Source: Bacillota bacterium
GTDB lineage: Bacteria > Bacillota > Limnochordia > Darwinibacteriales > DTU012
Direction: 5' to 3'
Assembly (NCBI GenBank): GCA_012837335.1
Contig: DURM01000019.1
Span: forward strand, 11,247-75,246
DNA: 64,000 nt
Positions 20,284 through 31,979 of the stretch are shown in pieces. A program made the translations under genes and the position numbers. Position 1 is the stretch's first letter. Every line of letters begins with the position of its first letter. Under the pieces are notes generated by a model. That model was not told the DNA's origin and searched no databases. It saw nothing but the letters and a program-made list of their open reading frames with translations.

Positions 20284-21427
20284 GCCCGATGTAAATCGAT
20301 CCGGTGCTGGTGCGAGTATTTACTGAAATCATTTTTCCAGTTCCAGAATCATCAGCTACCTGACCGATTACTGCGTGGCGTCCCCCACTTCTATATTCCT
20401 GCTCTGTTTGAAAATTAGCCAACCCGATATTGACTCGACCCATGGCGGCAGCCGCATCTACTTTTACAGCCATATTGGGCATCTGCGGCAGCAGGCAGCG
20501 AACTCCGCCATTAACAGTGCTGATCTGCACTTCGCTCTGAACATGGGCAAAAGTAAGCGGCACTACTTTTACTGAACCGTTCACGGTATCGCAATCGATC
20601 TTAGGACTGCTGCCTACAAAAGTAATTGATCCATTTGCGCAGCGCTGTCTGACATCCTCGCCTTCAACATAATCGAGGACATTTGCACCATTGCTGGTTG
20701 TAGTGTGAATCGCATCAGCCTTGGTCTGTTTTACAGTTATCGAACCATTAACTGTATTGACTTGAACTGTATTTGCCAGCAGATTAATTATTCTGCATCT
20801 GCCGTTGGTTGATTTTAGGTTTACGAGATAAGGATTTTTCCGCGGTACAGAGAGATGATAAGATACGCTGGTATCGCTCTGCTCATGTACATCGATCACC
20901 AGGCTGTCTACAGCTGTTCCTGTCTCAGGCAGATCGATGCGAATCAGCTTATCCAGAGCCTGGTCCCGTTCCTTAGCTTTTACCTTTTGGGTAACCACTA
21001 ATTTAACGGCATCCTGATCCCAGCCCTCAACAATAATTGAGCCGTTTACGTTTTTTAATGTAATGGGAATTTCCGGGAGATCCGGCACAAAGGTACCCTC
21101 GTATTCTTGGCTGAACTCATGGACTTCATTGGCAATATTGTTAAGGAAGGGAATTTTTGAAAGCAGACGCGGCAGATTGGACAGCTGCTCGCTCAATCCT
21201 GATTCTTCGAGCTTCATTTCAATGGAACTGCCTAGTCGCTCGACAGCCCGCTCGATTTTTTGACTGAACTCCTGCCCCTGCTTTTCGATTCGGCGCCATG
21301 TGTCATCAGTTTTATCCTGTTTAACCGGTTCTTCTACCTCCATTGCCTCCAGCAGTTCAACTGCTTCTTGAGCAGTAATCCTGCCGCTTTCAACCATTTT
21401 TAATATCAGCAAACGCTCATCGTGCAT
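20255..21427 (-). CDS. DUF4097-family (YvlB/LiaG-like putative adhesin) beta-strand repeat protein
   Basis: 390 aa. N-terminal helix 'LILKMVESGRITAQEAVELLEAM', then multiple 'VNGSI(T/I)V'-type beta-strand repeats characteristic of DUF4097. Confidence 0.6.
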   Translation of the reverse strand: MHDERLLILKMVESGRITAQEAVELLEAMEVEEPVKQDKTDDTWRRIEKQGQEFSQKIERAVERLGSSIEMKLEESGLSEQLSNLPRLLSKIPFLNNIANEVHEFSQEYEGTFVPDLPEIPITLKNVNGSIIVEGWDQDAVKLVVTQKVKAKERDQALDKLIRIDLPETGTAVDSLVIDVHEQSDTSVSYHLSVPRKNPYLVNLKSTNGRCRIINLLANTVQVNTVNGSITVKQTKADAIHTTTSNGANVLDYVEGEDVRQRCANGSITFVGSSPKIDCDTVNGSVKVVPLTFAHVQSEVQISTVNGGVRCLLPQMPNMAVKVDAAAAMGRVNIGLANFQTEQEYRSGGRHAVIGQVADDSGTGKMISVNTRTSTGSIYIGHEREKHGSE

Positions 21428-21442
21428 TATCCTGATACCCTC

Positions 21443-21808
21443 CTACTTTTTTAATAGCCGAATAGCCTCTTCAGCTGTAATTTCACCATCGTTAAGAGCC
21501 TTAAGAATGTCCTTTCGCTGTGATTCACTCTCAGCATATTCCACTCGATAACCTAAAGCTTCAATAATCTGATCCAAGCGGCTGCGGACCGTTGGGTAGG
21601 AAATGCCTAATAATCGCTCTACTTCCTTAATATTACCCCGTGATGCTAGAAAAACTTCAATAAACTCCCGCTGCTCGGTAGTCAGCTGACAGAATTTGCA
21701 GGGAGCAAACCGCCCCTCCAAACTTGTATCACAGCTTTGACAGTGCATTTTTACAATATCCATACCGCTTCCACAAATTGGACAACTGCTTACCACAGAC
21801 CTCTTCAA
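21443..21808 (-). CDS. DUF2089-family protein (zinc ribbon + HTH)
   Basis: 121 aa. 'CPICGSGMDIVKMHCQSCDTSLEG' zinc ribbon, then 'LTTEQREFIEVFLASRGNIKEVERLLGISYPTVRSRLD' HTH, matching the DUF2089 signature. Confidence 0.65.
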   Translation of the reverse strand: MKRSVVSSCPICGSGMDIVKMHCQSCDTSLEGRFAPCKFCQLTTEQREFIEVFLASRGNIKEVERLLGISYPTVRSRLDQIIEALGYRVEYAESESQRKDILKALNDGEITAEEAIRLLKK

Positions 21809-22000
21809 AATTAAAACACCACCTCAATTATTCTAATCAGCATCATCGTTTTATCCTTCTACCTTAATAATATAAACTTAAGACTTAAATATGTCAAGTT
21901 TTTCCTCGATATTATTAATCTGGAACAGAGGGAAAAAGCGGACAGGGATAGTAAATAATATGACGAATATATAATCGATGTGAACAACGGAGGAAACTTT

Positions 22001-23854
22001 ATGAAGAAACTACTGATCTTGCTGGTAATCCTGTTAACCGGCTGCCTCGGCAGCCAGCAGGCTCAGCATGTAACTCTCACGGGAGTGATTTATCATCATG
22101 ACACAGCTATTCCCATAGTTGGTGCCGACATAACCATCAGAACCGGAAATCGAATTCTCAGCACCAGAACCGAGCTAGACGGCACCTTTGCCATCCAAAT
22201 CCGGACAAAAAACAGTTCTATAAAGCTAATCGTGGAGCATCCTGAATATTATCCATTAGAGGGGAACATCCGCCTTAAACCGGGAATGCAGGAACACATA
22301 GTATTAGAGCTGGAACCAAAAAGAATAGAGCGCACTTTAATGGCCGGCATAATCGATTACGCCCTTCCGGAGCTGCACATCGCTGGGAGAGGATTAGCAG
22401 CAGCCTTAGATTCTAGCTCAGCTCTCTATCCTGTTGAAGCAGAGCTGACAGAAATCTTGGTTGAACCATATACATACAGTGAAGCCGAGGCAGCGGCCAT
22501 TGCCGAATCACTGGGAGCTGAATCATACCGGCTTTACCCTGCTCCCAGACTGATTGTCCTGACGAAACCGGCAGGTACAGCCATCGATGAGTTTCTTGCT
22601 GCAGCCAGAAACCATCCTTTGATCCTGCATGCCGACTTAAATCTATCAATTTCAACCGCAGCTCAAACAGCCCTGACTTTGATTCCTAACGACCCTTATT
22701 ACGACAAGCAGTGGAACCTAGCAGCAATCTATCTGCCCCATGCTTGGCAGCGGATCCATGAACAGCCGAACCAGCGTCCGATTCGAATCGCCGTGCTTGA
22801 TTCCTTAATCGATACGAATCATCCGGATTTAAAACAGAATCTCAATCTAACAGACGCATACAACGCTGTTAAGCAGAGTAAAACAGTCAGCGACTACGCA
22901 GGTCGGCTGAATAATCAAGAGCATACTCTGCTCAGCCACGGCACACACGTATGCGGTATTATTGCAGCTGTTACCGACAACCACGCAGGAGTAGCTGGTA
23001 CTGCTTGGGGAATTAATGTCGAGGTTATCCCCATCGTGGTTTTGAATGAAGACAGCGGCACTATCAGCGATTTAATCGCAGGGATCTATCAGGCTGTAGA
23101 ACTGGATGTGGACATAATTAACATGAGTTTTGCCATTACCGATCCCTTCTTTGAGCCTGATCATAAGCATCCACTCACGAAAGCGGTTAACGCGGCAGCC
23201 GAACGCGGTATTCTCATGGCGGCAGCAGCCGGAAATTACGCCAGACTGCTGTATCCGGCCAAGTATCCCCAGGTGGTTGCTGTCGGTGCTGTGGCTCATG
23301 ATTACTCAATTCCCGATTACTCGGCTTACCCGGCTGCTGATCAAGTGACGATCTTTGCTCCGGGTGGAACGAAATCAGAACAGATTTTCAGCACCGACTT
23401 AAGCACCGGTGGCAGCGGATACGCCTATGCCCACGGCACTTCCATGGCTGCCCCTCACGCTGCTGGAGCAGCGGCTTTAATTAAGGCCACCGACCCCAAC
23501 ATAACCAGCGGCGAAATAGAACAGCTATTATGGGAAACGGGAATAATTATTGACCATGAACAGCCGCAGAAGCGCTTGATCAACACATATGCCGCAGTAA
23601 CTCGCACACCGATTGCCAATGCTGTCATTACCTTCCGAGATCTGGATTCGGCTTCTAAATTCAGCGCGGTTCCCGACCCAAACCGCTATTTCTACCAGTT
23701 CCTGCCTTCCGGAACATATCTTTTGACTGCACATATTGATGCGGATCAAAATCAAAAATTGAACTCAGGAGATTGGTACTTTGAGCAGGAAATCACTGTC
23801 GAAGCAGGTCAGCACAGCAGTGATCTAGAAATACTTTTGCAGATTTATCCATAA
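22001..23854 (+). CDS. Subtilisin-like S8 serine peptidase lipoprotein with N-terminal carboxypeptidase-regulatory-like domain
   Basis: Start at 'MKKLLILLVILLTGC' (lipobox LTGC, RBS GGAGGA). Catalytic triad in D-H-S order: 'VLDSLID', 'HGTHVCG', 'GTSMAAPH'. A beta-sandwich-like segment follows the signal peptide. Confidence 0.8.
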   Translation: MKKLLILLVILLTGCLGSQQAQHVTLTGVIYHHDTAIPIVGADITIRTGNRILSTRTELDGTFAIQIRTKNSSIKLIVEHPEYYPLEGNIRLKPGMQEHIVLELEPKRIERTLMAGIIDYALPELHIAGRGLAAALDSSSALYPVEAELTEILVEPYTYSEAEAAAIAESLGAESYRLYPAPRLIVLTKPAGTAIDEFLAAARNHPLILHADLNLSISTAAQTALTLIPNDPYYDKQWNLAAIYLPHAWQRIHEQPNQRPIRIAVLDSLIDTNHPDLKQNLNLTDAYNAVKQSKTVSDYAGRLNNQEHTLLSHGTHVCGIIAAVTDNHAGVAGTAWGINVEVIPIVVLNEDSGTISDLIAGIYQAVELDVDIINMSFAITDPFFEPDHKHPLTKAVNAAAERGILMAAAAGNYARLLYPAKYPQVVAVGAVAHDYSIPDYSAYPAADQVTIFAPGGTKSEQIFSTDLSTGGSGYAYAHGTSMAAPHAAGAAALIKATDPNITSGEIEQLLWETGIIIDHEQPQKRLINTYAAVTRTPIANAVITFRDLDSASKFSAVPDPNRYFYQFLPSGTYLLTAHIDADQNQKLNSGDWYFEQEITVEAGQHSSDLEILLQIYP

Positions 23855-23877
23855 GATTATCGAGGAGGTATTTGTCT

Positions 23878-24639
23878 ATGAAAAAAACTATGTTCATTAT
23901 GCTGATCAGTTTACTGCTGATTTCAGCGACCGTATCAGCCCAAGTAAATCACCGGATTACATTTGGAGCCGATATCCAGATCAATGCGCTCACCTTTAAT
24001 CCTTTTTTTAAGCCATCGGAAGAAGGGAGCAAAAACTCCAAACAATTCAACACCTGGCAGCTGATGCTGTCCGGAAAAATTGAACCGGCAGCAGACTTAC
24101 TGCTTTTGTTTGATCACGGATTCGGCTGGGCTAACCAATTTAACAACACTTTTGAAAACGATGAGTCAATAACCAACAATGTTACTAAAGCTGCGCTGAT
24201 GTATCAGTTCTATAACGATACTAATCTGCAGATTTACGGCGGACTCGGGTATAATTTTGTTCGCTACAACTTCCATAACCTAATCTACCATGACGATGCG
24301 CTGAAAAAGAATGCTAAGCTGGATGGAAGTGGTTTTTTGGCCGCTTCCCAAGTTAATTTCATTGTTGCCGACAATCTGACTATCAAAGCTAACATTGAAG
24401 CTGCACCTTTTTATACCTGGGTGTATGAAGCAACTGAAAGCGGTGACGACATCAAACGAGGCTCTGCTTATTTCTACCGCCTGACCGCTGAGTACGATAT
24501 CAATCATGCATGGTCTGCCAAGATTGGCTACAGCGGCAGCCGGTCCAATACCAGCGAATTTACTTTGAATGACTACACTGTGCCTGAGATTACCTTCACC
24601 CAAGGCGGTCTCCAAGTGGGAGCAACTTATAAATTCTAA
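23878..24639 (+). CDS. Small outer-membrane beta-barrel protein (OmpW/OmpA-barrel-like)
   Basis: Signal peptide 'MKKTMFIMLISLLLISATVSA' (RBS GAGGAGG). Amphipathic beta-strand pattern rich in aromatic residues and Gly. C-terminal '...GATYKF' beta-signal. Confidence 0.5.
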   Translation: MKKTMFIMLISLLLISATVSAQVNHRITFGADIQINALTFNPFFKPSEEGSKNSKQFNTWQLMLSGKIEPAADLLLLFDHGFGWANQFNNTFENDESITNNVTKAALMYQFYNDTNLQIYGGLGYNFVRYNFHNLIYHDDALKKNAKLDGSGFLAASQVNFIVADNLTIKANIEAAPFYTWVYEATESGDDIKRGSAYFYRLTAEYDINHAWSAKIGYSGSRSNTSEFTLNDYTVPEITFTQGGLQVGATYKF

Positions 24640-24649
24640 CTGTGATCAA

Positions 24650-24681
24650 ATACACCCCTGCTCATGTGAACAGGGGTGTAT
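24650..24681. terminator. Bidirectional rho-independent terminator
   Basis: ATACACCCCTG-loop-CAGGGGTGTAT followed by a T-rich run, between the convergent outer-membrane-protein gene and uvrC. Confidence 0.6.
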
Positions 24682-24683
24682 CT

Positions 24684-26522
24684 TTATTTATCATGCATAA
24701 ACTGGTAGATTTCCTCGGCCAATTTTTGATTAATACCTTCCACTTCGCAGAGCTCCTCTACACTAGCTTCCCGAATTCGCTTGGCTGTGCCGAAGTGCTT
24801 CAGCAGAGCCTGCTTGCGTTTAGGACCAACTCCAGGAATGGAATCTAGGACAGATCTCCGGGTCGCTTTGCTCCGCAGGTGGCGATGATAGGCCAGAGCA
24901 AAGCGGTGAGCCTCATCCCTTATCCGCTGCAGCAGATATAATCCCTGCGATTCTCGGGGCAGGATGATTGGTTCAGACTGGCCTTCTACATAAACTTCCT
25001 CATTTTTCTCTGCTAAACTGATAAAAGGGATCGCCAGCCCTAGTTCATCCCGGACTTTAAGCGCAGAGCTGAGCTGACCTTTGCCGCCATCGATCAGAAC
25101 CAATTCGGGAAAATCGCTGAATTTATCACCTTCAACTTCACCTTTTTGTTCCCGCAATCCCCTGGTAAATCTGCGCCGGATTACTTCTTCCATCGCCTGA
25201 TAATCGTTAGGTGCCCCTTCTACTCCTTGAATTTTAAAGCGGCGGTATTGATCATTGGCAGCTCGGCCGTCAATAACCACAACCATCGAGGCTACTACCT
25301 GACTGCCTTGAAGATTGGAAATATCGAATGCTTCGATCCGCTGCGGCGGCTCAGCTAGATCCAGAAGATGAGCCAGCTCCCACAAACCACGGGATATCTC
25401 CTTTTCTTTCCGCTCAGCCTGCGAGCGGGCAACATCTAAGACCATCTGAGCATTTTCAGTAACCATATCAACCAGAGCTTTTTTGTCACCCCGCTTGGGA
25501 TGACGAAAGTAGACCCTGCTGCCGCGGCGGTCTGACAGCCACTCGCTCAGCAGATCAGCTTCTGTTAATTCCTCACCAGTGAGCACTTCTTTCGGAATCA
25601 CTGACTGTTCATAGTAATACTGCTTTACAAATGCGGTTAAGATCTCACCCGGCTCCTCATCGATCCTGCAGTCAAGCATAAAGTGCTCACGGCCGATCAG
25701 TTTGCCTCCACGGATAAAGAAAACTTGAACGCAGGCTAGATCACCGGCGCGGGCAAACCCAAAGACATCCTGATCAATCTCATCTGCGGAAACAATTTTC
25801 TGCTTTTCCACGATCAGCTCTAAAGCCTGGATCCGATCCCTGATCCGCGCAGCGAGTTCGAAGTTGAGTTCTTTACTTGCTGCAAGCATTTTTTCCCGCA
25901 GCGAAGGAATCAGCCTTTCATGCCGACCCTCCAGAAATAAGCACACTTCATCGACAATTTTCTGATAGTCCTGCTTGCTGATCAAGCCAGCACAGGGTCC
26001 GGCGCATCTGCCGATGTGGTAGTTTAGACAGGGGCGGTCCCGCTGGCCTTCCTTGATGGTCTTATTGCAGGTGCGGATCTGAAACAGCCTGCGCAGCACC
26101 TTGATCGTGCTGCGCACTGCCGAAACATTGGTATAAGGTCCATAATAGCGGGCACCATCAGGCAATCTCTTCCGCACGAGAAGTACCCGGGGAAAATCCT
26201 CATTAACGGTTACCTTAATATATGGATAAGTTTTATCATCTTTTAAACGCACATTAAACCAAGGAGAGTGCTGTTTTATCAAGTTGTTTTCTAAAATCAG
26301 CGCCTCAATCTCAGAATCAGTGATGATATAGTCCAAATCGGCTATATGCTCTACCAGGATTTTGGTCTTAGGAGACTGATGGCGGGACTGCTGAAAATAG
26401 GATCTGACGCGGTTGCGCAGATTAACTGCTTTACCTACGTAAATGATGTCGCCATCCTGAGACTTCATCAGGTAAACCCCTGGTTTAGTAGGCAGATGAT
26501 CAAGCTTGGCTTGTAAGTCCAT
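24684..26522 (-). CDS. uvrC: Excinuclease ABC subunit C
   Basis: 612 aa. N-terminal GIY-YIG ('[18 protein letters not shown]'), then UvrBC, RNaseH-like and HhH domains. Confidence 0.95.
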   Translation of the reverse strand: MDLQAKLDHLPTKPGVYLMKSQDGDIIYVGKAVNLRNRVRSYFQQSRHQSPKTKILVEHIADLDYIITDSEIEALILENNLIKQHSPWFNVRLKDDKTYPYIKVTVNEDFPRVLLVRKRLPDGARYYGPYTNVSAVRSTIKVLRRLFQIRTCNKTIKEGQRDRPCLNYHIGRCAGPCAGLISKQDYQKIVDEVCLFLEGRHERLIPSLREKMLAASKELNFELAARIRDRIQALELIVEKQKIVSADEIDQDVFGFARAGDLACVQVFFIRGGKLIGREHFMLDCRIDEEPGEILTAFVKQYYYEQSVIPKEVLTGEELTEADLLSEWLSDRRGSRVYFRHPKRGDKKALVDMVTENAQMVLDVARSQAERKEKEISRGLWELAHLLDLAEPPQRIEAFDISNLQGSQVVASMVVVIDGRAANDQYRRFKIQGVEGAPNDYQAMEEVIRRRFTRGLREQKGEVEGDKFSDFPELVLIDGGKGQLSSALKVRDELGLAIPFISLAEKNEEVYVEGQSEPIILPRESQGLYLLQRIRDEAHRFALAYHRHLRSKATRRSVLDSIPGVGPKRKQALLKHFGTAKRIREASVEELCEVEGINQKLAEEIYQFMHDK

Positions 26523-29355
26523 AAATCTCCCTTCTTCTATCTATATCTAAAACCGCTTTCAAAAAATGTCCGGTGTAAGAATCAGGAGTTTCAGCCACCT
26601 CTTCCGGAGTTCCTGCGGCAATAACCGTACCTCCGCGGTCGCCGCCTTCAGGTCCAAGATCGATGATATAATCTGCAGTTTTAATTACATCAAGATTATG
26701 CTCAATCACGATCACGGTGTCACCGGCATCCACTAAGCGCTGGAGCACTTCCAACAGCTTGCGAATATCTTCAAAATGGAGCCCAGTAGTGGGTTCATCA
26801 AGGATATACAAAGTTTTACCGTTGCTGCGGCGGCTCAGTTCGGTTGCCAGCTTCACCCGCTGCGCTTCCCCTCCGGACAGCTGAGTCGCCGGCTGTCCCA
26901 ATTTGATATATCCCAATCCAACGTCTTTAAGAGTCTGCAGTTTGCGGTGAATTTTTGGGATTGATTCGAACAGCTCCAAAGCTTCCTCAACTGTCAAATC
27001 TAATACGTCCGCAATTGACTTGCCTTTATAGCGCACTTCCAATGTTTCCCGGTTATAGCGGCTGCCTTTGCACACTTCGCAGGGAACATAAACATCAGGA
27101 AGGAAATGCATTTCAATCTTGATAATTCCATCACCCCGGCAGGCCTCGCACCGACCGCCCTTAACATTAAAGGAAAATCTTCCCGGCTTATAACCGCGAA
27201 TTTTTGCCTCAGGAGTCATTGAGAACAGCTCCCGAATATAATCAAAGGTTCCGGTGTAAGTCGCCGGATTTGAGCGCGGTGTGCGGCCAATCGGAGCCTG
27301 ATCGATATTAATAATCTTATCCAGATTCTCGATACCTTCAATCCGCTCGTGAGCACCTGCTTTCTGAGCACTGCGGTGAAGGTCATGAGCCAGCTGTTTA
27401 TGCAGAATCTCATTAATTAAAGTACTCTTACCCGAGCCAGAGACCCCGGTAACGCAGATAAACAAACCGAGCGGAAACTCTACATCTATATTCTTCAAGT
27501 TGTTTTCTCTCGCGCCGATTATCTTAACCGACTTGCCGTTTGGCTGACGTCTAGCTTTGGGAACCGGGATCTGCTTCCGCCCAGACAGATACTGCCCGGT
27601 TAACGAGCTCTCTGATTTGCAGATTGCCTCATAATCCCCAGCTGCAACGATTTTACCACCATGAGCACCCGCCCCGGGTCCAATATCGATAATCCAGTCG
27701 GCAGCCTGCATCGTTTCTTCATCGTGCTCCACCACAATCAAGGTGTTGCCTAAATCCCGCAGATGCTTCAGTGTTTCCAGCAGGCGCTGGTTATCGCGCT
27801 GGTGAAGTCCGATGCTCGGTTCATCCAAAATATACAGCACGCCGGTTAAGCTGGAGCCGATCTGCGTAGCCAGCCGAATCCGCTGCGCTTCTCCTCCTGA
27901 TAAAGTAGCAGCAGCCCGATCCAAGGTCAGGTAATCAAGGCCGACATTATCCAGAAAGCTCAACCGCTCCTTAATTTCCTTAATTACTCGGCGCCCGATC
28001 ATCAGGTCGTTTTCGGATAGATCAAGTGCTGCAAAAAACGCCAGGCTGTCTCTGACTGAGAGGGCACTCACTTCCATAATATTCTTGTCACCCACGGTTA
28101 CCCCTAACACTTCAGGACGCAGTCTCCGACCCCTGCAGGCAGTGCAGGTTCGCTCGCTCATAAACTGTTCTAATTCCTGCCGAGCCCAATCCGAACCACT
28201 TTCCCGATAGCGTCTGTTTAAGAAGGGGATCAAACCTTCATAGTCTGCGTGATAGGTCTTGGTCCGTTCATGGCGGTTTGTATACACGAACTTAACTTGC
28301 TCCGGTGCACCATTTAGTAAAACATCAAGCTGCTCCTCCGGCAGCTCTTTGAGGGGCTGATCCGGATCAATTCCGTATTCGCGGCACACGGCATCAAGCA
28401 TTGCGGCCAGCCACTGGCTGCGGCTGGTGCGCCATGGAATCAAGCCGCCTTCGTTTAAGGAAAGATCATAATCAACGATCAAATCAGGATCAATTTCTAA
28501 CCTGCTGCCCAGTCCATCGCATTCCGGACAGGCTCCATAGGGACTGTTAAACGAGAACATCCGCGGTGTAAGCTCTTCCATGGAAATACCACATTCGATG
28601 CAGGCAAAATGCTCGCTGAACAGCATTTCTTCCTGCCCAATCACATCAATAACCACAATTCCTTGCCCGTACTGCAGCGCAGTTTCGATCGAATCGGTAA
28701 GGCGGCTGCGGATATCGGAGCGGATTACAATTCGGTCAACCACGATCTCAATGGTATGCTTCTTATTTTTGTCCAGATTAAGCTCATCGGTAACCTCATG
28801 CAGCTCCCCATCAACTCTGATGCGCACAAAACCGTCCTTGCGGATATCTTCGATCACTCGCTTATGCTCGCCCTTGCGGCCTCTGATTACCGGGGCCAGC
28901 ACTTGAATGCGGGTTCGTTCTTCTAAAGCGAGCACCTGATCAACAATCTGCTCTATTGTCTGCCGGCTGATTGGTTGGCCGCAGTTGGGACAGTGGGGCT
29001 TGCCGATTCTGGCATACAGCAGCCGCAGATAATCATAAATCTCAGTAATAGTTCCCACCGTTGAGCGGGGATTGCGGCTGGTGGTTTTCTGATCGATCGA
29101 AATCGCGGGTGACAAACCCTCAATGTAATCTACATCCGGCTTGTCCATTTGACCTAAAAACTGGCGCGCATACGCCGATAAAGACTCAACATAGCGTCTC
29201 TGACCTTCAGCATAGATGGTGTCAAAAGCCAGCGAAGATTTACCTGAGCCGGATAATCCGGTTATAACAACTAATTTATTGCGCGGAATCTCTACGTCAA
29301 TATTGCGCAGATTATGCTGCCGCGCTCCCCTAACTATAATCTTATCGATACTCAA
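26500..29355 (-). CDS. uvrA: Excinuclease ABC subunit A
   Basis: 951 aa with two ABC ATPase modules and zinc fingers. Canonical UvrA throughout. Confidence 0.97.
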   Translation of the reverse strand: MSIDKIIVRGARQHNLRNIDVEIPRNKLVVITGLSGSGKSSLAFDTIYAEGQRRYVESLSAYARQFLGQMDKPDVDYIEGLSPAISIDQKTTSRNPRSTVGTITEIYDYLRLLYARIGKPHCPNCGQPISRQTIEQIVDQVLALEERTRIQVLAPVIRGRKGEHKRVIEDIRKDGFVRIRVDGELHEVTDELNLDKNKKHTIEIVVDRIVIRSDIRSRLTDSIETALQYGQGIVVIDVIGQEEMLFSEHFACIECGISMEELTPRMFSFNSPYGACPECDGLGSRLEIDPDLIVDYDLSLNEGGLIPWRTSRSQWLAAMLDAVCREYGIDPDQPLKELPEEQLDVLLNGAPEQVKFVYTNRHERTKTYHADYEGLIPFLNRRYRESGSDWARQELEQFMSERTCTACRGRRLRPEVLGVTVGDKNIMEVSALSVRDSLAFFAALDLSENDLMIGRRVIKEIKERLSFLDNVGLDYLTLDRAAATLSGGEAQRIRLATQIGSSLTGVLYILDEPSIGLHQRDNQRLLETLKHLRDLGNTLIVVEHDEETMQAADWIIDIGPGAGAHGGKIVAAGDYEAICKSESSLTGQYLSGRKQIPVPKARRQPNGKSVKIIGARENNLKNIDVEFPLGLFICVTGVSGSGKSTLINEILHKQLAHDLHRSAQKAGAHERIEGIENLDKIINIDQAPIGRTPRSNPATYTGTFDYIRELFSMTPEAKIRGYKPGRFSFNVKGGRCEACRGDGIIKIEMHFLPDVYVPCEVCKGSRYNRETLEVRYKGKSIADVLDLTVEEALELFESIPKIHRKLQTLKDVGLGYIKLGQPATQLSGGEAQRVKLATELSRRSNGKTLYILDEPTTGLHFEDIRKLLEVLQRLVDAGDTVIVIEHNLDVIKTADYIIDLGPEGGDRGGTVIAAGTPEEVAETPDSYTGHFLKAVLDIDRRREIYGLTSQA

Positions 29356-31343
29356 TCAAGTAACCCCGCTTCCTGCCGTAATTCTTTAATTTGATCTCGC
29401 AGTTGGGCTGCCAATTCAAATTCCAACTCGTTAGCTGCCTGGAACATCTGTTTCTCCAAATCTTTAATATATCCTACTATATCTTTAATGGTTTTTTGAT
29501 CAAGCTCAGCCTCAAGCTGATAGTCCGCTTCCTTTTCAGCAGCTCTAACTGCTTGAACAATATCAGTGATTTCTTTTTTAATCGTCTCCGGAGTAATACC
29601 GTGTTTACGGTTGTGCTCCATCTGCAGCTGCCGCCTGCGGTTTGTCTCGGAAATGGCTGCTTCCATAGAATTAGTAATTGTATCGGCATACATGATTACC
29701 CTGCCATTCACATTCCGGGCAGCCCTGCCGATCGTTTGTATCAGCGAGCGTTCCGAACGCAGGAATCCTTCTTTATCAGCATCCAAAATAGCAACCAAAG
29801 ATACCTCAGGCAGATCCAAACCTTCCCGCAGGAGATTGATGCCAATCAACACATCAAACTCACCGACCCGCAGATCTCTGAGAATCTCGATCCGGTCCAA
29901 TGTTTCAATATCGGAGTGGAGATAGCGAACTTTAATCCCCATCTCCGCGAAATAATCCGTCAGGTCTTCCGCCATTTTCTTGGTTAGGGTGGTAACCAGC
30001 ACCCGTTCACCACGGTCAATTGTCTTTTGAATTTCTTCCAGCAGATCATCAATTTGGCCTTTAACCGGGCGCACGTGAATTTCCGGATCCACCAGTCCTG
30101 TTGGCCGAATAATCTGCTCAACCCGCTGCTCCTCATGCTCCATTTCATAGGGACCGGGTGTTGCGGAAACGAAAACAATCTGATTAATATGGGATTCAAA
30201 TTCAGGAAATGTCAGCGGACGGTTGTCCAGTGCCGAAGGCAGGCGGAATCCATGTTTTACAAGCGTTTCTTTGCGCGAGCGGTCACCGTGGTACATTCCC
30301 CGAATTTGCGGTAAAGTAACATGTGATTCATCAACAAACATAAGATAATCTTTTGGAAAGTAGTCTAAAAGAGTGGAGGGCATCTGTCCGGGAGCCCTTC
30401 CTGAAAGATGCCGGGAATAGTTTTCGATACCCTGACAAAAACCCATCTGCTCCAGCATCTCCAGATCATAGCGGGTGCGCTGCTCCAATCGCTGCGCCTC
30501 CAGAAGCTTATTCTCTGACTTCAGTAAAGCCAGCTGTTCTTCCAGCTCCGCTTCAATCGATTTAATCGCCCGCTTCATCTTGTCCTCAGATGTAACGAAG
30601 TGCGATGCTGGATAGATTGTTACATCATCATTTTCCGCCAGTACTTCACCGGTGATGGGATCCAGCTCCAAAATGCGGTCAACCTCATCTCCAAACAGTT
30701 CAATTCTGATAACATTATCACTGGAAGCGGGAATTATTTCAATCACATCACCGCGGACGCGGAAAGTCCCCCGCTGGAATCCAATATCATTCCGCTCGTA
30801 CTGAATTCCTACCAGGCGTCTGAGAATATGATCCCGATCGCGGAACTCACCGCTTTTCAAGGATAGGGTTAATCCGGTGTAATCCTCCGGAGAACCCAAG
30901 CCATAGATGCAGGATACGCTGGCGACAATTATGACATCCCGCCGCTCAAACAAAGCACTGGTGGCTGCGTGGCGAAGGCGGTCTATCTCCTCATTAATAG
31001 ATGCATCCTTTTCAATATAGGTATCACTCTGGGGCACATACGCCTCTGGCTGATAATAATCGTAATAGCTGACAAAATAGTGCACAGCATTATGGGGAAA
31101 AAACTCCCGAAACTCATTGCACAGCTGCGCAGCTAAAGTTTTATTATGAGCAATGATTAGAGTCGGTTTCTGTACCTTCTCAATTACTTTTGCCATTGTA
31201 AAGGTTTTCCCCGAACCGGTAACTCCTAACAGAGTCTGAGCCCTGAGACCGCGGTCAATTCCATCACTCAGCTGCGCTATGGCTTTAGGCTGATCCCCTG
31301 CTGGATCAAACGGAGAAACTACCTTGAACGGTTTTGCTTTCAT
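29352..31343 (-). CDS. uvrB: Excinuclease ABC subunit B
   Basis: 663 aa with helicase motifs ('[10 protein letters not shown]', 'DESH'), a beta-hairpin region, and a C-terminal UvrC-interaction coiled coil. Confidence 0.97.
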   Translation of the reverse strand: MKAKPFKVVSPFDPAGDQPKAIAQLSDGIDRGLRAQTLLGVTGSGKTFTMAKVIEKVQKPTLIIAHNKTLAAQLCNEFREFFPHNAVHYFVSYYDYYQPEAYVPQSDTYIEKDASINEEIDRLRHAATSALFERRDVIIVASVSCIYGLGSPEDYTGLTLSLKSGEFRDRDHILRRLVGIQYERNDIGFQRGTFRVRGDVIEIIPASSDNVIRIELFGDEVDRILELDPITGEVLAENDDVTIYPASHFVTSEDKMKRAIKSIEAELEEQLALLKSENKLLEAQRLEQRTRYDLEMLEQMGFCQGIENYSRHLSGRAPGQMPSTLLDYFPKDYLMFVDESHVTLPQIRGMYHGDRSRKETLVKHGFRLPSALDNRPLTFPEFESHINQIVFVSATPGPYEMEHEEQRVEQIIRPTGLVDPEIHVRPVKGQIDDLLEEIQKTIDRGERVLVTTLTKKMAEDLTDYFAEMGIKVRYLHSDIETLDRIEILRDLRVGEFDVLIGINLLREGLDLPEVSLVAILDADKEGFLRSERSLIQTIGRAARNVNGRVIMYADTITNSMEAAISETNRRRQLQMEHNRKHGITPETIKKEITDIVQAVRAAEKEADYQLEAELDQKTIKDIVGYIKDLEKQMFQAANELEFELAAQLRDQIKELRQEAGLLD

Positions 31344-31484
31344 TGTCTGCGTTCACCTCATTATGCGGTTTGCATACCGCAGTGAAAATCGTTTATAATA
31401 ACTTCATCCAGATACTCCATCGCATTACGCCTATTTTAAGCTCGTAATGATTATTATTATACCAAATATGAGAGGACGATTCCA

Positions 31485-31979
31485 TTGCGTGAAATCTTAG
31501 TTATGGTAGAAATACCGAAAGGAAGCCGAAATAAGTATGAATATAATCCGGATGACGGCCTATTCTACCTAGATCGGATGTTATTCTCAGCTGTACATTA
31601 TCCTGCCGACTATGGTTTTATTCCCAACACCCTGGCAGAAGATGGCGATCCCTTAGATGCTCTAGTTTTAGTAGGAGAAGCAACTTTTCCAGGGTGCATG
31701 ATCCGCTCCAAGCCGGTTGGCGTGTTTGATATGTGGGACGAAAAAGGTCCGGATAAAAAAATTCTTTGTGTACCTGTTCAGGATCCACAGTGGAATTGGG
31801 TCGAGGATCTTAATGATGTTCCCGAGCACCTGCTCCATGAAGTAACCCATTTTTTCCAGGTATACAAAGAATTAGAGAAAAAGAAAACCAAGATCGGCAA
31901 CTGGCACTGCCGCGAAACCGCCATTAGAATCATTGAAGAATCGATTGCTAGGTACCGGGATAATCAGCCGGTTGAGTGA
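31485..31979 (+). CDS. ppa: Inorganic pyrophosphatase (family I)
   Basis: 'VEIPKGSRNKYEY', 'DGDPLDALVL'. Probable TTG start at 31485 with GAGAGGA 8 nt upstream; ATG at 31503 is the alternative. Confidence 0.88.
   Translation: MREILVMVEIPKGSRNKYEYNPDDGLFYLDRMLFSAVHYPADYGFIPNTLAEDGDPLDALVLVGEATFPGCMIRSKPVGVFDMWDEKGPDKKILCVPVQDPQWNWVEDLNDVPEHLLHEVTHFFQVYKELEKKKTKIGNWHCRETAIRIIEESIARYRDNQPVE

Noticed and set aside
29391-29987. 198-aa plus-strand ORF, and similar long antisense ORFs at 8034..8468, 50103..50732, 54317..54808 and 60207..60773
   Set aside because: Each lies entirely antisense within a strongly supported conserved gene (uvrB, groEL, fliW/yviE, comFC/yvyF, cpaF). They have low-complexity or odd composition and no RBS, so they are spurious.
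31948-31979. 32-bp convergent 3' overlap of ppa and the yibQ-like gene as a possible frameshift artefact
   Set aside because: Both proteins end with sensible C-termini in their own frames. Convergent overlaps of this size occur naturally.
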